From Octopus bimaculoides (taxonomy: Eukaryota), in the NCBI RefSeq assembly GCF_001194135.2, contig NC_068982.1, positions 132,277,708-132,341,707 on the forward strand: a DNA stretch of 64,000 nucleotides, written 5' to 3'. The notes beneath the pieces were generated by a model, which saw only the letters and a list, made by a program, of their open reading frames with translations, had not been told where the DNA came from and did no database searches. Of this stretch, positions 1 through 14,100 are shown one piece after another (the stretch's first letter is position 1; each line of letters opens with the position of its first letter). The position numbers were made by a program, and so were the translations under genes.

Positions 1-1613
1 CAGTTAAACACATACTGGACATTTCATAAATTTGACACATAAAGGCCAACAAAATAAAGTAGTTTACTTGAAAACAATTAAGTATTGGCATCATGAAAAG
101 CATTCAGCAATAGAATACTACCTAAAGAAGACTCATCCAACTCATGACATCATGGAAAAGGTAGATGTAAAAACAGCAGTGAAAGGATTACACAGTGAGC
201 AGCTGTTTATTATGTCTTAGGAAAATACAGCAACACAAAAATGTATTGTACAATCCATATCATTATCATTTAATATCCAGTCCCCATGCTGGCACGAGTT
301 GGATGGCTTGACCAGAGTTGGTAAGGCCAGAGGCCACACTAAGCCCCGTTGTCTATTCTAGCATAGCTCCTACAGATGGATGCCCTACATAACACCAACC
401 ACTTTACAGAGTGTACAGGGTGCTTTTTATGTGGCTTCAGCACCAGTACTTTTAACATGGCACCAGGATGAGTGATTTTTTTATATGGCACCAGTACTTT
501 TAACATAGCACCAGCATATATTAAATAAAATCTTACTATTTTTCTTGCACTACAATTTGTGTTTGTCGATTCACACAACAATTGAAAGAGCATTAGACTG
601 AAGATATAAAAGTATCAGGTTCAATTCTAACTTTCAGTATTTGACAGCTGACTCATGTTTCCATATTCTTATTGGTGAAGATTGGTGCTAATCTCATTGT
701 AAGTGTTGTTGTTAAAGTACAAAGGACCAGAAGAGACCCACAAGGGATTTTACTTGACCACTTAACAGTTCCATCAATCCACTGTCCTGGATAAGACCCT
801 TTTTGTTGCCTCTGAAAGTATGAATGGCAAGGTTGGCCTTGGCACAATTTGAACTCAGAAATACTGACAATCAGATCAAATTCCACAAAGCATCCTATCC
901 AATACCCTAACATTTCAGTCAGTTGGTCACTTTTGGGAGTGAAAAAGAAAGAAAAATACAGATATTTCAATAAACATATTGAAAAAAGAAAAAAAAAACA
1001 CTGGTTTTAGAATAAAATATTTGAACATTTAACATAAAAATTAATAAATTGACTTCTGATATAGAGAAATAACATTGTGTGACATCACATTCGTTTGATA
1101 AGAATTTTAGTGACAGAAAGTGAACTGGCTTTAGCCATGTACAAAAACCTAGTTAATACTTGAGCAATTACTCAAATATATTTAGAGTCACAGAGCCAGT
1201 TGCATAATGAGAGAAAAGATATTTGACCAATGCAGATTAAAACTGATCATTTTCCATTGTTTTTTTTTTCTTTTCATTGAGACCTACTGACATAAAAAGA
1301 AGATCTCATGTAAGGGATGAGTGCTATCATCAAACATTATTGCCAAGAATATAGCACAAGCTGTTCTTGGATTTCTTTTGACTCATCACAGTCAATTGAA
1401 TCTACCCCCATCATATTACTAGTACTTACATCATCAACCTGAGAGGGTTGAAAAGCAAAGTTCATCCTTGTGAGATTTGAACCCAGAACCTAGAGACAAA
1501 ATTATAATGAATTTTTAGTTTGACACACTACCATGTCTGATAACACTCCTGCATTAATAATATCAAACATATTTTATACTTTATAAAGAAATTTCTTTTC
1601 TATCTTTTTCTCT

Positions 1614-2251
1614 TTAACTATCACTGTCAGAATCAGAATAGTTTCCAAGCAAACTAAGAGCTGATGATACTGGTGCGGTTTCATTCTTTTGGACTTTTGA
1701 AGTCTTTGTGGAATTGTCATTTGCTGGCTCATCTGTCTTGTCACATGATTTATTTTTCTCGTTAGTTTCAGTTTTACATTTTGTATCAGTTGAATTCTTT
1801 TCGCATGTCTCACTGCTCTCATCCGTAACAGTTTCAGAACCCTTTTTCTTCTTAACCAAAGAAGAGAGAGACTTTAAAGAGAGTAAGCCTACACTCTGAT
1901 TATAAACACGTTTCTTCTGTACAACAGCATCATCCTGTGAAAAGGAGAAAACAAAAAAACAATTAGAAACACAGAAATCAATTATTAAACATTAATTGAA
2001 AACAAGTAGAACTATCATCATTTTAACATCAACATTTCCATGTTTGCATGGATCAGATGGAATTCATAAAGACATATTTTCTATAGCTACATGCCCTTCC
2101 TGTCATCAACTTTTGCTTATTGCCAAGCAAAGTAATATTTCCACATGACCAGACATATTTTCAAAGAAGGCTGAAAACAAGTGACACAGCTCCTGCATGA
2201 CAGACACTCACTACTGTCACACCATGTCAAGACAAGGAGACACAAGCATAT

Positions 2252-2284
<33 letters not shown>

Positions 2285-5081
2285 CAATGGGCTTCTTTCA
2301 GTTTCTTCCAACCAGATCCACTCACAAGAATTTGGTCAGCTCAACGCTTCAGTGGAAGATGCTATACAGGTGGACAAAACCCAAAACCCTAGTGACTGGA
2401 AGACAGACTTCTAAACTATATATAGCTTCAAAACAGTATTGATCATCATCATCATCATCGTTTAACGTCCACCTTCCATGCTAGCATGGGTTGGACAATT
2501 TGACTGAGGACTGGCGAACCAAATGGCTGCACCAGGCTCCAATCTGATCTGGCAGAGTTTCTACAGCTGGATGCCCTTCCTAACGCCAACCACTCCGAGA
2601 GTGTAGTGGGTGCTTTTACGTGCCACTGGCACGATGGCCAGTCTGGCAGTACTGGCAACGGCTACGCTCAAATGGTGTTTTCATGTGCCACCTGCACAAG
2701 AGTCAGTCCAGCGGCGCTGGCAACAACCTTGGTCGAATGTTTTGTTCATGCCTCAACCTATAAACTAGTTTGGATATTTTTAAGACTTTCAAAAACATTT
2801 TTTATAGATTTCTGTTGTTGCTTTTATTGCCCACTGTTTTATATCATCAATAATTTCATGGAGATAATAAACTCATTGGTCTCTGGATGATTCAGTGCAA
2901 AAATATACTACTATACTTTATTGTTTGTAACTCTAAAAATACTTGAATATTTCAATTGAAATCACTGCAACAACCTAACAAACCATTTATATAATGCCAT
3001 ACCAACAAGCAACCTCCAACTGTTTTTTTTTTATGACTTAGAAGTGGAAGGGTAGTGCCAACAACATTTTTCAAGTCCTCTGAAACTGGTGGAAGGAAAT
3101 TCTCTTTGATCTTGATGCCTGGTCTTGAAAGCTTAAAACAGGCAACTCCACTAAATGTATCGAAGTGCCAGGTGGCGGTGTCTAACCAAGAAACCGATAA
3201 ATTCATTATCATTCTCATCCTCATCACCATGAATTTAAGTCTACTTTTCCATGTTTACATGGGTCAAATGGCAATTGCTGAGACAGATTTTCTATGGCTA
3301 AATGCCCTTCCTGTTACCAACCATCATCTGTTTCTCAGCAAGCAAGTTAATATTTCCCCTGGCCTGATATGTTTTCATGGAAGATAGGAAACAAATGGCA
3401 CCACTTGCACAATGGTGATAATCAACTTAATCCGTTTGTCTGTCCTTGTTTGTTCCTTCTGTGTTTAGCCCCTTGTGAGCAATAAAGAAATAAGAAGCAT
3501 GAAAATATACAATGAGAAATGGTAAATGAGAAGAACATTTTATAAGCAGCAGCAATTTATGACAAAATGTGCCACAGAGAAATTTATAATGGTTCAGTTT
3601 AAGTGTAAACTAAACTACCATATTTGATGTCATACAAGATGCACTTTTCTCAAAAAGAAATCATCATTTTCAAAAAAATGTCTCAGAAATATACCCCTTG
3701 GTCCTACATGCGAAATCAGTCCTAAATTACGTGGTTTAATGCAGTAAAACCATTTTTTCTCGGAATATGTGCTGTTGAAGTTGAGATGCATCTAATATAC
3801 TGATACATCTTTTATACCATCAAATACAGTACTTAAGAGTTCAGAATTAGTTTATATATCAAGGGAGATCACTTGCACCGCTTCATTACGTAAAATAAGC
3901 AAGCAAATTTTTAAAAATGTAAATTGTATGTAAAACACTTTTTTGGGAAACACTTTTTTGCAAAAGAAAATACTTTGAAAATTACTATGAGTCTTCCACA
4001 GTGCTAACTGGGGAAGTTGTTACAATGGTTTTCTAAAGTTTGACTGAAATCAGCCCCTATCTCACTACTTAGCAATTACAAGTATATTCTGTACAATAAT
4101 ACATTTGATTTAACTAATGTGTTGTTGATATAAATACAATTACTTAGTACATAAAAAAATTGTTTTTTGTTTTTTAATTCTACAGCAGTTACACTACACT
4201 ACCCTTGTTGCTGTGCTATTTGTTTACTAGTGGCAGTGGTGCAGTAGCACCATCTATTCAGAAATTGCAAAAGGTTGGCTTCCCATCTCAACAAATAGGA
4301 ATTTTTTGTTTATTGACGCTTGAGTGTCTATAACTTTGTACGTTCACCACCAGGAAAGCCATTTTCAGTCTAGCAAATTATCTCCCTCATCTAAAGGGAC
4401 TCTAGTAGAAGACTGGGACTAAAGGTGGCGAGCTGGCAGAAACGTTAGGGCGCAGGGCGAAATGCTTAGCGGTATTTCGTCTGCCGTTACGTTCTGAGTT
4501 CAAATTCCGCCAAGGTCAACATTGCCTTTCCTCCTTTCGGGGTCGATAAATTAAGTACCAGTTACGCACTGGGGTCGATCTAATCCCTTTGTCTGTCCTT
4601 GTTTGTCCCCTCTATGTTTAGCCCCTTGTGGCCAATAAAGAAATAAGAAGACTGGGACTATAGTAGAAGACACTTGCCTAAGGTGTTACACAGTGGGAGT
4701 GAACACAAGACCACATATTTGGGAAGCATAGCTATACCTGAGCCTGTCAGATTGTCTTTTAGCAAAACATGCACTCATCTTCATCTATGCTGAAGAAGCA
4801 TGGAAACAATGCTACAGGCACTGGTAAATGAGAACTTGTATAGAAAAAAAGAGTGGTTACTTCATGTGGATCCAATAAGAAGACCAGAAATTGAGGTTGA
4901 CTGTATCGAAGCAGGGAAAGCAGCAAACCAATCAAAGGTAGTTGGCAAGATGCTGAAAATATCTGACAAAGTATGACGTGTGCTAGTTACTCATACATTC
5001 AATCAAATAGTGCAGGGAAGAGGCCTCAATTATATATTCACCTAATCCATGCAAACATGGAATAATAAAAATAAAAATGAA

Positions 5082-5120
<39 letters not shown>

Positions 5121-8100
5121 TTTGCAGTAAAAGAAAAGCTAACTGTGCAGTGAATAAGCATGTTCATTATTTCATAGCTTTATGTTCTGAGTTCAAACTC
5201 TGCTGTGGTCAAACCTTGCCTTTCGTCCTTTCAGGGTTGAAATAAGTGCCAGTTAAGCAGTGTTTGATGTAATCCTCGAGCCCCTCCCCAAGATTTCGAG
5301 CTTTGTGCTATGATAGAAAGGATTATTTCATGGGATTGCAGTGAGATGGCAGGATTGTTAACATGTCAGACAAAATGCTTAGAAGCATTTCCTCTGGCTC
5401 ATTACAAACTGAATTCATAACTAGCTAAGTTCAACGTTGCCTCTCATGCTTTCGAGGTCAATAAAATAAAGTACCAGTTGAATAATGGGGTTGATGTAAT
5501 CAACTATACCACTCCCACTATAATTGCTGGCCTTGTGCCATAATTTGAAACAATCATTTCATAGGTAATAACATATTGTAAATCTCTCTTCCTAGTGGAG
5601 AGCACAATTGCTGACGAAGTTTCAGCGGATACTTAATTAATGAGTTTTGAAAGAAATTGATGATAGTAAGGTTGTCAAATACATGTTATAAAAGAGAACT
5701 TCATAGAGTGTGAAAAGAAGAAAATAAACTATGAAATTATCTTACCTTAATATGTTCAGTGAGTAATTCCCCAAAATGTGTCTTGTTGGAAGATGAAGGT
5801 TCTACATTAGGAACTTCAGCATCATCTTCATCTTCTAGCCGTTTAATATAATCACTATTGTGATTATTGAAAATTGATCTGAAAGAAGACATGAGATAAT
5901 CATCATCATCATCATTTAACATTCAGCTCCTATATTAACAAACATAACATCACCATTGCTGAAACTGTCAAATGCGAACACATGGAACTAAACATTCAAG
6001 TTCAAACACACACACACACACGTGCACACATATACTCTTTTACTCTTTTACTTGTTTCAGTCATTGACTGTGGCCATGCTGGAGCACCGCCTTTAGTCGA
6101 GCAAATCAACCCCAGGACTTATTCTTTGGAAGCCTAGTACTTATTCTATCGGTCTCTTTTGCCGAACCGCTAAGTTACGGGGACGTACACGCACCAGCAT
6201 CGGTTGTCAAGCGATGTTGGTGAGGACAAACACAGACACACAGACATATACACACACATACATATATATATATACATATATACGACGGGCTTCTTTCAGT
6301 TTCTATCTACCAAATCCACTCACAAGTCTTTCGTCAGCCCGAGGCTATAGTAGAAGACACTTGCCCAAGGTGCCATACAGTGGGACTGAACTCGGATCCA
6401 TGTGGTTGGTAAGCAAGCTACTTACCACACAGCCACTCCTACGTCTATACATACATACATATGAACTTCTGCAGTTTCCATCAACCAATTTCCAATTTCA
6501 CTCACGAGGCATTGCTTTATCAGCCTGAGGTTATAGAAGATAATACTTGTCATAAGTGCCACACAGTGAGATGTAACACATTAGTATCAATGGGCCAATT
6601 CCCTACTTCACTGCAGACACTCACCATTTTGGTACCTACTGAATCATCCAATCACTGCCTAAACACATCTGCCCACAACACATCTACATACTGCATAACA
6701 CCAGACCAAGTGACACTTCAAATAAGTTTCATACTTTAATATCCAGTAAGTGTGCTTCACCTCTCTTCCACAGCTGAACAGAAGACCAAATTCAATCTCT
6801 TTGGAATATTCATAGCCCTCACAAAACCAGACCCCATCCCCTAAATTTCCAACTTGTTCATACATAACTGGTCTTCAGCGATATAAACAACGAATGCAAC
6901 TTACTACACCTAAAAAAACATCCCCAACCTCCACTGATAAGATGGCTTTTACTCACTATTGCAAGGCTACCATCCGTAAAATAAATTATACTTTCAAGCA
7001 ACATTACACCCTGTAAGCTCTCCCAAATTACAACTTATCCTTTTTATCAATTACCAACTTTAAAAAATTCTTTTATCATCACTCTTTTACTACATCATCA
7101 TCGTGGTTTAACGTCAGTTTTCCATGCTGACATAGGTTAGACGGTTTGACTGAGGTCTGGAGAGTCAGCGGCTGCACCAGGCTCCAATCTGATCTAGCAA
7201 TGTTTCTACAGCTGGATGCCCTTCCTAATGTCAACCACTCAGAGAGTGTAGTGGGTGCTTTTACGTGCCACTGGCACAAAAGCCAGTCAGGCAAGCCTGG
7301 TATCAATCATGTTCGGATAGTGCTTTTACATGCCACGGGCACAGGGGCCAGTCACGGGGTACTGGTATCAGCCATGCTTGGATGGTGCTGTTTGCATACC
7401 ACCAGCACAGGAGCCAGTCATGGGGTACTAGCATCAGCCACGTTTGGATGGTGCCTTTTATGTGCCACCAGCACGGAAGCCAGTCAGGCAGACCTGGCAT
7501 CAACCACATTCAGAGGGTGCTTTTCACATGCCACCTGCACAGGAGCCAGTCAGGGGGCACTGGCCACAGCTATGATATTGTATCTGTGGCTACAACTTAC
7601 AATAGCTCTGTAAATTGAACTTCTCATGAGAAAGCATCTACACCTTCTACCTACTTTTATTTCCTAACTCCACAAAGCTCTCGCACAGCCAAACATCTCC
7701 AAAACTTGCCTTGTCTATTCCTCCAATGTTACCACAACACATACATATTAGATATGAAAACACCTCCAGCTGCTTTATACCAACAAGGCAGCCAGTTCTC
7801 GCAAGATTCCTCACGTGTATGTAGGAACACCCATCTGTCTGTCTAGGCTCTAGGTTCAATTCCACTGCAGGAATTGCATATCCTACAATTGTGCATGAAT
7901 CAGATTGGGCTAAGGTGATCTTTCAGTGTTATTAGTTGCCAATAATTTGAAGTTCATAAACAGAATGTATCTTTGGTGATAACAATAGGATAGATCACTT
8001 TTCCTATTAATGGATAAAGTAGGCTGTTGCCATATCTGCAGTTTTTCACAAAGGCAGTATTGGAAATTATTGACTCCAGGAGCTCAGTCAAAGATGTTCC

Positions 8101-11100
8101 AAGTGATGTTGGGGAAATAATTTCCTTAGTCCTGGAGTCTCCAGATGAAGCAGAACAGAGAAGTGGAATTAATCCTGTTTGCTCATAGTGAGATTAATTC
8201 CCTATAACACATCATCATCATGGCCTGCCTTCACCCAGCTAAAACTATGCTTGACACAACTGAAATGTAGCCTGACACCACCAGACTGATTACCTTACCA
8301 CATGGAACATCATCATCTAAGTTTACTGAACCTGACAGATCACTAACTACTTGACACTAACAGACTGTGCATATATTTATATGTGGAGCATATATAAAAT
8401 CAAATAACATCAATGTACTGCCGTGCCAGTGGCATGTGAAAAGACATTCGAGCAAGATCGTTGTCAGTGCCGCTGGACTGGCTCCTGTGCAGGTGGCACG
8501 TAAAATACACCATTTCGAGCATGGCCGTTGCCAGTACCGACTGACTGGCCTTCGTGCCGGTGGCATGTAAAAGCACCCACTACACTCTCGGAGTGGTCGG
8601 CGTTAGGAAGGGCATCCAGTTGTAGAAACTCTGCCAAATCAGATTGGAGCCTGGTGTAGCCACCTGGTCCACCAGTCCTCAGTCAAATCGTCCAACCCAT
8701 GCTAGCATGGAAAGCGGATGTTAAACAATGATGATGATGATGATGAACTGATCAACAGAAGCCCATATATTCTCACCTAAAAGCCATCTTTACATTTTCT
8801 TAACTCTACTCTTTTACTCTTTAATTTGTTTTAGTCATTTCACTGCGGCCATGCTGGAGCACTGCCTTTAGTCAAGTAAATCGATACCAGGACTTATTCT
8901 TTGTAAGCCTAGTACTTATTCTATCCGTCTCTTTTGCTGAACCGCTAGGTTACGGGGATGTAAACACACCGGCATCGGCTGTCAAGCGATGTTGGGGGAC
9001 AAACACAGATACACACACATACATATATATGTATATACATATATACGACAGGCTTCTTTCAGTTTCTGTCTACCAAATCCACTCACAAGGCTTTGGTCGG
9101 CCCGAGGTTTTAGTAAAAGACACTTGCCAAAGGTGCTACGCAGTGGTTCTGAACCCGGAACCATGTGGTTGGTAAGCAAGCTACTTACCACACAGTCACT
9201 CCTGTGTGTATCCAAGGAAAAAGATACACATCAGTGCCTACAAAACCTTAAGCAATGTGGAGCTGAGTCCGACTGTCATTAAATGACTGAACAAATATAT
9301 GTACTTATGTATGCATTCGTGCATGTATATATAAATGTATATAACTACTCAGTAACTTCTACTTAATAATAACAATAAATTATAGCTTCATTAAAAATTA
9401 CTCAAGAGATATAGGCAGTATTGCTGTCAATATAAAATGGGTAACATAAAGAGTGGAATTATCTTACTTTACAAGGTTTTCATCCTCTTCGTCTTGTAGT
9501 TTAGCTAATTGTTCTTCATAAGCAGCATGCAACTTCAACATGGTTTCATGGTCAACAGAGGCATGTCGGTTATTCAAGTCTCTCAATTCTTCTAAAGCAT
9601 CAATTTGCTCCATTTCTTGTCGACTGGCTTTCGTTCTGTTTTCCAGTACCTGAGATACAAGATTTTAGAGATTGTTCTTAAAAGGAAAATAAAACCCACA
9701 TTCTACTACTACCATATCTATACTTAAACAAGATACGAGGGTACCTGTGGAAGAGGTAGATCCAGGAAGACCTGGTATGAGGTGGTGAAGCACGACCTTC
9801 GAACATTAGGCCTCACCGAGGCAAAGACTAGTGACCGAGGCCTTTGGAAATATGCTGTGCGTGAGAAGACCCAGCAAGACAAGTGAGACCATAACCCGTG
9901 GCATTACCAGGGGTGTAGCCAGCCCACTTGTGCATACCTTTCCTTCTTTGGACACAAAACCCTGCTTGCAAAGACCTGTTGAGGCAAGTGAAATCGAAAT
10001 TGAACCAAATTCGATGACTGGCACCCATGCTAACCTTCCTTAATTGGACACTAAACTCAGCTTGCGAAGACCTGCTGGGGCAAGTGAGATTGAAAGTGAA
10101 CCAAATTTGATGACTGGCACCCGGGCCAGTGGAGCGCTAACAGCAGCATCCGAACGGGATTACTGCCAGAGCAGCGGTCTCCAACCGTGCAGGTGGCACG
10201 TAAAAAACACCATTTGAGCGTGGTCGTTGCCAGTACCACCGGACTGGCCCTCGTGCTGGTGGCACGTAAAAAGCACCCACTACACTCTCGGAGTGGTTGG
10301 CGTTAGGAAAGGCATCCAGCTGTAGAAACTCTGCCAGATCAGATTGGAGTCTGGTGTAGCCATCTTGTTCGCCAGTCCCCAGTCAAATCGTCCAACCCAT
10401 GCTAGCATGGAAAGCAGACGTTAAATGATGATGATGATGATGATGATAAGGATAGAGAAAAGTAGCAGATGAGTTTTATTTACTTGAAAAGTAAAAGTTC
10501 AACTCTTACTTTATGGTTAAATGGTTAAAAGTAAGATAATCATCCAACTACAAAACACTTCTTAATTTAGATTTTAAAAAAAAGGACATTTGTCATTCTA
10601 CTCTCATTTATCAACACGGTTTTTATATCTTTCTGCAGACAGTATTGCTTTAATATCTATTCTAGGCTAATAACAAAAACATAACTGTTTCTAATCTAGG
10701 CACAAAGCCAGCAATTTTAGGTGGCAGCAGTTAGTTGATACCATCAAACTCAGTACTAGACTGGTGTTATATTTTGTCAACTTTGAAAGGATGAAATAAA
10801 AGTTGACTTTGATGGGATTTGAACTCGAAACACAAAGAATCAGAAGGCATTCAGCCAATCCACTGCCCAAACAACACCTTGTTAACTGTTTCAATAACAA
10901 ATACCATTTCATGTTTTGTAAGCTTGCAACCAACAAAGGATAATGAATGATGTTGTTTAACCCCAGGTCAACCCTGATCAAAGAGACTTTGAGCCATGAT
11001 CAAAGACATTCTAGACATGACCAATTCACCTTTATTGCTTACCAATTAAGATGCAAAAATCATTTTTATTGATAGACCATTTCTATCATCGTGCCTGGTG

Positions 11101-14100
11101 GCACGTAAAAAGCACCATTCAAGCATGATTGTTGCCAGTGCTGCCTGACTGGCTCTCGTGCTGGTGGCACGTGAAAAGCACCATTCAAGCGTGGTCAATG
11201 CCAGTACAGCCAGAGACACGTAAAAAGCACTCACTACACTTCCAGAGTGGTTAGCGTTAGGAAAGGCATCCAGCTGTAGAAACTTTGCCAGATTGGATTG
11301 GATCCCAGTGCAGCCTTCTGGCTTGCCAGCCCTTAGTCAAACTATCCAACCCATGCCAGCATGGGAAGCAGACGTTAAATGACGATGATGATGATGAAAG
11401 ATGGTAGGATGTAATAAGATGGAGATTGGCAACTATTTCAACAATTATACAGAGACTCCTTCATTGATTCCAAGCAAATGTTTACAAAGTTGGTACCAAT
11501 GATAACATTTTTCATGCCACAACACTCCCAGTTCCATCTTTTACTGACTTCACTTCATCAGCTGCACATTATATCGCTACAAATACATTTCTAATCTTCC
11601 CTATCCAAACATATGGCTTGGAATCATCATCAACAGTTAAAACCATGCTTACATGAGTCAGATGACATTAGTTGAAGCAGATTTTCTATGGCTGGATGGG
11701 CTTCCTGTTATCAACTTTTAACTATTTCCAAGCAAAGTAAACTTTCTTCTGATCTTTTGAACATAAAAAGGATAATGACCAAACATATTTTCACAGAAGC
11801 AAACAAAAGAAACAATACTGCTTGTAAGATGAAGATGCTTGCTAACAACTAGCACACAATGTCAAGTTAAGGAGACACACACACACACAATGGACTTCTT
11901 CAGTTTTCTGCCAACTAAATCCACTCCCAAGGTTGTGGTTGGCCTGGGGCTATATCAGAAAATACTTACCTGAGGTGCCAAACAATGAACTTCTTAACCA
12001 TATAGCTATGGGATAGTTTTCAAAAAAAAAAAACATTAACCAAATCTTTAGACGGTTTGATGGATTTTAAACACTGCACAATCTCTAAGCTCACAGAACT
12101 AAGAGATCAGATGGTAATTTCTTATAAGTAGTATGCTCAAAGAAAATAAATATATATGGAATACAACTAACCTTCATTGGGTTATTCATTTCCTCCTCTT
12201 CTTTCTCTTTACGAGACCGTTCCTCCATCTGTTCTGCCAATTTGGCAGCTTCAAAATTTCTTGTAGCTCCAGCTTCCAAGGTGTAATCAGTGTTTTTCAA
12301 GTCAGTCTAATGACAAGACAAAAATTATACATGAATTAAATCTTTGAATAATTACTCAATCAAAAAAAAAGGTTTTATTAGATTAATATTCAACAACTGT
12401 TTCTAATCTTGTAATTTTTCCAGACTCCATAAGTCTTTTCTGTTTTTTTTACCTACAGCTTAGGTTCAATTTATTTGTAAATTTTAAACATTTTCTGATT
12501 TTACTAAAAATGGATTTTGTTCATGAACTAAAATATTAAGCATTACATGGAAAACAGTTCTAGTAAATTCATAAAAATTAAATTTGTTCATTTATATATA
12601 AATCATTAATTCAAGTCTTTCAGTTAAATTTTGTACCAATTTAAGAGGTACTGAGTGGTTGAGCTGAGACCCCCTTCGGTCATGACTGACCATGGGTTTG
12701 CATCTAGAAAGTTGCCTTCCCAGGCACACGTCCGGGCAAGGTTATTTATGGAAGACCAGCAGTCGCCCATGCATACCGGCCTCCCCTCTACATGCCACCA
12801 GTGTTATCCAAAGGAAAGGCAAAGGCCGATATAGTTTGGCACCTGTGATGTCGCAACTCATTTCTACAGCTGAGTGAACTGGAGCAACATGAAATAAAGT
12901 GTCTTGCTCAAGAACACAACACGCAGCCCGGTCCAGGATTTGAACTCACAACTTCACAATCGTAAGCTTGACGCTCTAACCACCGAGCCATGCGCCTTCA
13001 CTACTGAGTGGTACTACATTGATTAAAAGATACCTACTTACCACAAAACATTAACAAATAATGATTATATTATTACAGAATTTCTAGAATATACCTCCAT
13101 CTCTCCACTTGTTTGGTAGTTCAATTTGTGCATGTAATATCACATCTTTAACATACAAGCCAGGTGATTTAATCTGAGCAATATATATCTAGGAGTGCCA
13201 ATTTAACCAGCTCCTGCAGTTTACCTGCATTCTAAATACCTGCTACCCACTGACATACATTACTAGCTATGTTAGAGCCCTTTTGGAGCCAGTCTACATT
13301 TCAATAATTGCAGTAAGTTTGTTTGAACAAATAATCAGATGAAAATTTGTCTTGACAACTTGTAGTTATTTTTCAGTCACGTACCAAACTACTCTGTTGG
13401 TTCAAATAATTCTTGTGTTCCAAATTATAACCTTCCTCATTTTATTTAGTTTTCATAACTGGACAATTCTGTGCTTTGCCCAAGACAAAACATAATGCAA
13501 ATGCCAATATATGAACTCCCAAAACTTCTGCTCATAAGCCGACACACAACTAATCTAATTAGACATTGCAATTTCACATTTAACATCACATTTAACAACA
13601 TATTGTATTATTTATATGAAAGTCACTAGGTTAGATTAAAATGATTTCAAAATAGAAAAAGAAGGCAGATCTTTCTTAAAAAATCCTTACCTTGAAAGCA
13701 ATCTCAGAAACGCATCGTGGACATTTGATGTAGAATCGGAAAATCTTTAAACCCAAATAATCTTCATTTTCTACAGTTTCTTTACGAGAATTAAATTTCT
13801 TTCCCTTGTAAACATATTCACCACAAGTATTACATCTAAGAATAAAATAAAATACAGGCCAAGCAATGCAATAATTCAATGAAAAAACAGTTTCAACAAA
13901 AAAGAATGAAAAGTTAAAGCTTCTTCAAGCAAAAACTAAATGACAATTAAATTAGCAATAACAATAAAATTCCTTCACCTAGATAAGCCAAGATGGCTTG
14001 TCAAACTGATCAACAACATTAGTCAATTCAAGGGATATATAAAAATTATTAATGTAATTTCCTGGATGATCTTCAACTTAAATCAACACTAAACACACAT

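Noticed and set aside
6500-7080. Possible DIRS/Gypsy RT fragment on the minus strand
   Set aside because: Too degenerate to assign by eye; needs an HMM search.
7146-7618. 155-aa and 117-aa ORFs with repeated motifs (similar ones at 2606, 8357, 39642, 48905)
   Set aside because: Open frames through the RTE 3'UTR tandem array, not genes.
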